Part shown: one piece after another, positions 6,537 through 11,816 of the stretch | Position numbering within the stretch: the first letter of the stretch is position 1 | Layout: every line of letters starts with the position of its first letter | Assembly: GCA_037137535.1 (NCBI GenBank) | Contig: JBAXKC010000056.1 | Location: forward strand, 1-11,816 | Direction: 5' to 3' | Origin: a bacterium | Lineage (GTDB): Bacteria; Cyanobacteriota; Vampirovibrionia; Gastranaerophilales; JBAXKC01 | DNA length: 11,816 nucleotides | Position numbers and translations under genes: made by a program | The notes under the pieces: model-generated | Seen by the model: the letters and a program-made list of their open reading frames with translations, nothing else | Databases searched by the model: none | What the model was told of the DNA's origin: nothing

Positions 6537-7915
6537 AAAAAAGAAAAGGTGCATCGTTAATAATATTTGCACTAGGGGCAATAACAATATTGTCCTTTGC
6601 TTGCTTTGTAATAGATTTAGGAATTGTAGTAAATGCCCAAAACGAATTTCAGAAAGTATTAGATTCTGCTGCTCTTATCGGTGCATCAAATCTCGAACCA
6701 ACTACAGACAATACAGGTGTAACCCAAATAAATACGAGTAATGCAAAACAGGCAACACTTGATACTTATACAAGTATGGTAAGTTCTCTAGGCTTGAAAA
6801 ACGCGAATGCAACCCCAACAATTGATGAAACAACTCATGCTGCTTCAAAAGCAATAAAGATAGAGTCCGATATAGAAGTAACAACTTTTTTTGCAAAGCT
6901 TGTAGGTATTAATAAAATAAAAATAAATGCTCAAGCAGCTGCTATATCTGCGCCAATTTATTTAAGTAGTAAATTGCCTCAAGGCTTGGTAAACGGTAGT
7001 ATTATAGCTGAATCACAAGGAGATACTGATATTAGAAATCCTGTCGGAGACAGCAGTAATGTGAACAGTAATATTAATAACATACTTGGAGCTCCTGATA
7101 ATAAAGCGTTATCACTTGGTCCTGGCGGCTATATAATGATAAAATTGCCGTCAGCTCTTATGGATATGCCTGGTGCAGAACTGTATGTCAGAGAACTTGG
7201 AACTCTTGAAGGCTACTATATATTTGCAGGAAACGATACTGATCCGAATAATCCATATACAAATGAAGCAATGCAAGGTGGCGGTATTTCATGGACAAAT
7301 ATAAGCTGTACGGGAATCCCCGCAAATGCTGACAATACAGGGAAAGCAGGTGCTTATTATAAAGATATTTCCTATTATGGAACAACACGAACTGAAGCGA
7401 AATTTTATGGAAGCGGTTATTTTGATCTTGGATCAAAGTGCAGCGCTGATCCTAACGGCTCTATTCCTTACGATGGAACAGGAGCTACTGCAGGAGCAGG
7501 TAATATAAAGAGTGCAAAATACTTAAAAATCATTGATGATAATATTGAAGACGGATTTTTACAAGAATCTTCTGCAAATCCTGTTTTACTAATCGGAGAA
7601 CATGCTTCCATCACTCCAGGGGCTGATATTGATAGTGTTGCGGTGCTTCATCACCCACGACTTATCAGTGTTGATGATTTTAATACTGATAGCGACAATG
7701 ACGGGTTAATCGATATTGTTGAAGAAATAATTGGAACAAATCCGAATGTGGCTGATACGGACGGAGATGGAGTTAATGATGCAATGGAATACATAGGCTG
7801 GTATAATAATGGTGGCGGTGGAAAACTTGATATTATTAACAGAGGTTCAACACAAGTATTCATGACATGCCCTACACAAAGTGATGTTACGGGAGCATTG
7901 CCGATTAGGCTTTAA
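6533..7915 (+). CDS. tadG: TadG/Tad_N-like pseudopilin with a beta-sandwich surface domain and bacterial TSP3-like repeats
   Basis: MKKRKG|ASLIIFALG...FVIDLG......EFQKVLDSAAL.GA (Tad N-terminal signature), then TFFAKLVGI...INA.A.A, and C-terminal DSDNDGLID..E..IGTNP..ADTDGDGVND..E. ATGA overlap with the upstream gene. Confidence 0.8.
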   Translation: MKKRKGASLIIFALGAITILSFACFVIDLGIVVNAQNEFQKVLDSAALIGASNLEPTTDNTGVTQINTSNAKQATLDTYTSMVSSLGLKNANATPTIDETTHAASKAIKIESDIEVTTFFAKLVGINKIKINAQAAAISAPIYLSSKLPQGLVNGSIIAESQGDTDIRNPVGDSSNVNSNINNILGAPDNKALSLGPGGYIMIKLPSALMDMPGAELYVRELGTLEGYYIFAGNDTDPNNPYTNEAMQGGGISWTNISCTGIPANADNTGKAGAYYKDISYYGTTRTEAKFYGSGYFDLGSKCSADPNGSIPYDGTGATAGAGNIKSAKYLKIIDDNIEDGFLQESSANPVLLIGEHASITPGADIDSVAVLHHPRLISVDDFNTDSDNDGLIDIVEEIIGTNPNVADTDGDGVNDAMEYIGWYNNGGGGKLDIINRGSTQVFMTCPTQSDVTGALPIRL

Positions 7916-7945
7916 TGATTGTAAGAATGATGGAATGTCTTAAAT

Positions 7946-9016
7946 ATGGAAATTTTAGGTGAAGACTCAGGCTTATTTGAAAAAATAATAAATAATATCC
8001 ATTCTGCCGTTATGGTTTTAAATCATAATAAAGAAGTATTGTATGCAAATTCCAGCATAGGGAATGTGTTTAACGTTAACGTAAACCAAAAATTCCCAAT
8101 CAAAGATAAATCTTGTAACCTTACGAATTGTACGGATAAGGATATAGTTAATTGTTCAAATTGTGCGCTTCATGAGACTATAGTCCAGTTAATTAAAACA
8201 GATGATCCTAATTTAGTTATTAATGGAGAATACGAATTTTTTTCAGTTGATAAAAAATTCAGATATTTGGAATATAAAGCCTTAAATCTTTATAAAAATG
8301 GTGAAAAGCTTATTTTTATAGCTTTTAATGATATAAGTGAAAAGCAGGAATTGTATAAATCTATAGAAAGAGCCAATATTGAACTGGAAGAGAAATGTAA
8401 ACAGCTTGAGATAAAAAATTTCAGATTAAATCAGCTTACTAATTCTTTAGAAGATTCAGATTCTATTATTTTATCTATTGCTAATACCGTTGAGGCAAAA
8501 GACAAATTGACAAGAGGACATATAAGTAGGGTAGGCTTTTATACAAAAAAAATTGGTGAGCAACTTTGTCTTTCTCCCGAAGAACTTGAAATTCTCCGCA
8601 AAGGTGCGATTTTGCACGATATAGGAAAAATAGGAATTCCCGATGAGATTTTAAATAAACCGGGAGCGTTAAATGAGGCAGAATGGGAAATAATGAAAAC
8701 ACATGTTCTTATTGCCGATAAAATATTAAAACCCTTGAATACTTTTACTCAAATCAAAAAAATAGCCACCCAACACCATGAACGACTTGATGGAAGTGGT
8801 TATCCCTATGGATTAAAAGGCGATGAACTTGATATTTTTACGAGAATTGTTGCTGTTGTTGATATATATGATGCTCTAACCACAAAACGCCCATACAAAG
8901 AAGCTTTTTCAAAAGAAACAGCCTTTGAAATTCTTGATGACTATGTAAGAAAAGGTTATGTTGACAGGGAAGTGGTTGCAGCGCTCAAAAGAGTGCCTTT
9001 AGATCTTACTCCGTAA
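7946..9016 (+). CDS. PAS-like sensor + coiled coil + HD-GYP cyclic di-nucleotide phosphodiesterase (RpfG-like)
   Basis: EAKD..T.GH..RV, LHDIGKIGIPD.ILNKPG.L...EW..MKTH, HHERLDGSGYP.GLKG, IVAVVDIYDALT..RPYK. The N-terminus is PAS-like (IINNIHSAVMVLN...EVLYAN). Confidence 0.93.
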   Translation: MEILGEDSGLFEKIINNIHSAVMVLNHNKEVLYANSSIGNVFNVNVNQKFPIKDKSCNLTNCTDKDIVNCSNCALHETIVQLIKTDDPNLVINGEYEFFSVDKKFRYLEYKALNLYKNGEKLIFIAFNDISEKQELYKSIERANIELEEKCKQLEIKNFRLNQLTNSLEDSDSIILSIANTVEAKDKLTRGHISRVGFYTKKIGEQLCLSPEELEILRKGAILHDIGKIGIPDEILNKPGALNEAEWEIMKTHVLIADKILKPLNTFTQIKKIATQHHERLDGSGYPYGLKGDELDIFTRIVAVVDIYDALTTKRPYKEAFSKETAFEILDDYVRKGYVDREVVAALKRVPLDLTP

Positions 9017-10979
9017 GATTAGTAATCGAAAAAACTTTAAATTCTCCCAGATTTATATCTTTTAAAGTTAAAGTTTGCATATGTTTATTTATTATTATTT
9101 CTTGTGTTGGTTTTTCATCTCTTGAATTTGATAATAGTTCATTGAAGATTAATTTTTTAAAGTTGTGTTTATAACAAATTTTTTCAATTAATTTATCAAT
9201 TACAACTTTATTTTTTTTAGAATTAATTTCTAAATTTAAAGCAAATAAAAAGAGAGGACAGTTATTTTTATCAACAAATATCCATGCAGCAGTTTTGTTA
9301 GTTCTTGTTTTTAGCCAAATTAATTTTTCATTTTTTATTACAGGCTTTAAATAGTCATATAATATTCTTAAATTTGATAAAGTAGTAAATAATTCTTTAT
9401 TTTCACCCCATTTATATTCAAATTGCTGGTGATTTGTATAGTTTGAAGTATATTGTCGTGATTCAATAGGATTTTGTTCTCTAGTTTCAAAGCCAATTCC
9501 CATATAAGAAGACGTATTCATAAATAATGCTGTAAACATTCTTATTTCATTTGCAAAATCTGATTGAAATATATCATTATTTTCTTTACGATCTGCATCA
9601 TTCGTTATTATAGTATTACATGGTGAAAATCTAAAATTTGCAGGAAATACATTTATATAATCATCTAAAATATATAAATATTCTTCATTTAATTTTTTAA
9701 AGTTTAAATCTCCTAATACAACATCAAAGTCTTTATTTATCATATCTTTGAATCCGTCAATATAATAATTATTATAAAAAGCTTCTGCTAAGGTTGCAAA
9801 ATAAGGAGTAGTCTTTTTAATAGATTCTTTAAGTTTTGCCCAAAATTCGCAGTTATAATCATAATTTTTGTCTTCGTTACTATGAGAGTGTGAAATTTGA
9901 TTATGAGCCATATCTGCTCTAAAAAAATCAAAATTAAATTTTTTCTGAAATTCAGTATGTTTTTGTATAAAATATTGCCAAACATTCTGTTCTAGTTTTT
10001 CAACTTCAGGGAATCCATTTTTATCAATCGAATACCATTTATATGGAGTTAAACCTCCCAGTATTTTTGCAAAAGGTGAAATATTTTCAACTTTAAAAAC
10101 AGCATAATTAGTTTCACCATTTTGTTTAATTTTATCGAATAAAATCGGTCTACTTGGTGAATGTTCTGTGACGGGAATACTTTCAAAACAGTTCTGCCTT
10201 ATGGCATTAATAAGTTGATTTCTTCTCTTCTTTCTGATTTCAATATCTTGTCCGAATAATATTTGTCTTCTATCTTCTTCTTTTATAAATTTATAGAAAT
10301 TATTTATTATTTTTTCATCTAATTTTTTATTTTCCGAATCACCATTATTTCTTAAAAAATCACAAATGACTTGTTCAATTTCTAAATATAAAAGATTATA
10401 GTCAATTTGTGGGGGAAAGAATTGTTGTGTTTTACTTTCGTTAAGTTTTACCCATTCAAAAAAAGATGGATTTAAAAATACTAATTCTGAAAAATTATCC
10501 ACATGTGGCAATACATCAAAGCCAACACATTTATTCATTGAATGTAATACATTAATAGCTAATTTCAGTTGTTTTTCTGCCGTATTATATCCCAACTTTA
10601 TTAAATCAAAGTCTAAAAATTCCTCGTTTAATTCCCAACTTGATTGAGCATAAATAGCACCATCATTGCCCGATTCAAATAATGGCATAATATGTATGGA
10701 ATCTTCGGGAAACGTCATTGCATATTTGACTATTCCCCAGTAAGTTTTACAAATTCTTGGATTTATTCCTATTATTTTTGCTTTTTTAAACCAAGCAGAA
10801 TTATTTTTATCAGCAACAGGGCTTTTATAACATTTATTAATGTCAAAAGCTTTATTAATATTGTCACTATCAACTAATTGATTTAAATGACATAAACTTT
10901 CCTGATAAGTCCATTTTATTGATTGTTCAGGAGGAATGGGAATAAAACTTAATTTTATTGTGGTTTCACTCGTACTCAT
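9006..10979 (-). CDS. Divergent GH13 / alpha-amylase-fold glycosidase-like protein
   Basis: GH13-like regions in the correct order: DSIHIMPLFE (beta2), GFDVLPH (region I), FDFFRADMAH (region II nucleophile), LAEAF (region III acid/base), ITNDAD (degenerate region IV) and SYMGIG (beta8), followed by a C-terminal beta-domain (LFLFALNL). Confidence 0.65.
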   Translation of the reverse strand: MSTSETTIKLSFIPIPPEQSIKWTYQESLCHLNQLVDSDNINKAFDINKCYKSPVADKNNSAWFKKAKIIGINPRICKTYWGIVKYAMTFPEDSIHIMPLFESGNDGAIYAQSSWELNEEFLDFDLIKLGYNTAEKQLKLAINVLHSMNKCVGFDVLPHVDNFSELVFLNPSFFEWVKLNESKTQQFFPPQIDYNLLYLEIEQVICDFLRNNGDSENKKLDEKIINNFYKFIKEEDRRQILFGQDIEIRKKRRNQLINAIRQNCFESIPVTEHSPSRPILFDKIKQNGETNYAVFKVENISPFAKILGGLTPYKWYSIDKNGFPEVEKLEQNVWQYFIQKHTEFQKKFNFDFFRADMAHNQISHSHSNEDKNYDYNCEFWAKLKESIKKTTPYFATLAEAFYNNYYIDGFKDMINKDFDVVLGDLNFKKLNEEYLYILDDYINVFPANFRFSPCNTIITNDADRKENNDIFQSDFANEIRMFTALFMNTSSYMGIGFETREQNPIESRQYTSNYTNHQQFEYKWGENKELFTTLSNLRILYDYLKPVIKNEKLIWLKTRTNKTAAWIFVDKNNCPLFLFALNLEINSKKNKVVIDKLIEKICYKHNFKKLIFNELLSNSRDEKPTQEIIINKHMQTLTLKDINLGEFKVFSITNLTE

Positions 10980-11006
10980 ATAACAAATTCTATAAAAAAA
11001 GTATCT

Positions 11007-11046
11007 AAAGTAAAAGAATTGACTTATTTGTCAATCCTTTTACTTT
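11007..11046 (-). terminator. Long stem-loop (terminator-like) downstream of the 11056 gene
   Basis: 17-bp arms AAAGTAAAAGAATTGAC (11007-11023) / GTCAATCCTTTTACTTT (11030-11046) with a 6-nt loop. The single mismatch becomes G-U on the minus-strand RNA, which gives the strand. Confidence 0.7.
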
Positions 11047-11055
11047 TAAATAAAG

Positions 11056-11765
11056 CTATTCAGCTAATGCTTCCTCTTTTTCTGCTATTTGTTCTTTAAT
11101 TTGTCTAAGTTCTTGTAATTTTTGTCCTTTTTGTGAGCTTGAAGAAGAAGCTATTTCTTTTAATAAAGTATTTTTTCTTGCTTCCAGTGTTTCAAGGTCA
11201 ACGATAAGAGATTGAATCATTTTTTCTTTTTCTCTTAATTTTGACTCTTCTTCTTTTTTTCTTAAGTTTGCTAACTTTGTCTTATTTTTTAATTCTTCAA
11301 TTTCATTTTTTGACAATGAATCAGTCTGAATAAAAGTACAACCTTCTTTTTTATAAATTTGATCTACCGCTCCATCCTCATATCCTTCTACTGTATGACG
11401 CTGTTGATTATATAGAACAGTTTCACCTTCACTTGGAATATAAGTTGATGCTGTTGCAGTATATCTACTTATTTGTTGATTCCATTTACTGTTAAACCCC
11501 ATTTGAATTGCATTTCCAGGATGAATCCCCTCTCCAGACCAAGATCCGCCAGTACTCATTTCCATTTTAGTCGTTTCAAGATGTCCTTTAAAACTAACAT
11601 TATTCAGTATCATGTTTTTGGTTTGCATTGAACTTAAATAACTTGCCTCTTTAGCGGATATTTTATCTGTTGGTGCTTCGCCTTGAAAGCTGGCACTGTT
11701 TTTATTTGCTGGTTGTTGTTCTGTTTTTTTATTTTCAAGTTTTTTATAACTTTTAAAAGGTAAAG
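11056..11765 (-). CDS. Hypothetical coiled-coil protein, probably 5'-truncated by an IS insertion
   Basis: The frame of ORF 11056..11628 stays open for 45 more codons upstream (LPFKSYKKLENKKTEQQPANKNSASFQGEAPTDKISAKEASYLSS) with no start codon, up to the IS-like end at 11766. The first upstream stop (11785-11787) lies inside the IR. No SD before ATG 11628. K/E-rich coiled-coil C-terminus. Confidence 0.65.
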
Positions 11766-11816
11766 TGACCTGCCCCCGTTTTTCCTAACGATTAGAACTT
11801 AGTACTCCACGAGTTT
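11766..11816. mobile_element. Terminal inverted repeat of an IS3-family (IS407-group-like) insertion sequence, continuing beyond the window
   Basis: TGACCTGCCCCCGTTTTTCCTAACG...: a 5'-TG end with the TGACCTGCCCCC / GGGGGCAGGTCA terminus recalled from IS3-family elements. GC content jumps abruptly, and the position coincides with the break in the neighbouring reading frame. Confidence 0.7.

Noticed and set aside
6702-7863. ORFs 6702-6896, 7188-7436, 7326-7508 and 7651-7863
   Set aside because: All are nested in the TadG-like CDS and have the composition of antisense or out-of-frame translation.
8481-10877. ORFs 8481-8702, 9788-9985 and 10692-10877
   Set aside because: Nested within the HD-GYP or GH13-like genes, with no independent support.
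1-11816. CRISPR array or other regularly spaced repeat array
   Set aside because: No periodic direct repeats were seen in any intergenic region, and no cas, reverse transcriptase or recombinase genes are present.
11799-11816. Minus-strand KLVEY* as the transposase C-terminus
   Set aside because: Only five codons are visible, which cannot establish IS orientation.

Overview
AT-rich bacterial chromosomal window. The protein style (low-complexity N-termini ending in x-S/G-F-x-G motifs, a divergent GH77, giant Tad pseudopilins) suggests Melainabacteria/Vampirovibrionia; this is an inference. Left part: an accessory patch next to the 3' end of tRNA-Val(GAC), holding a short or truncated DUF4013-like gene, an unannotated decayed IS5-family (IS1031-like) relic, and two tandem type II toxin-antitoxin modules (RHH+Doc; RHH+RelE/ParE with a perfect palindromic operator). 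Middle: a divergent 4-alpha-glucanotransferase (GH77), then a probable operon of two very large Tad-type pseudopilins with Ca-binding DxDxDG/TSP3-like repeats and a Cys-rich PAS-like HD-GYP phosphodiesterase. Right: a convergent, divergent GH13-like protein, then a coiled-coil hypothetical gene whose 5' end appears cut by an IS3-family element whose terminus is at the window edge.
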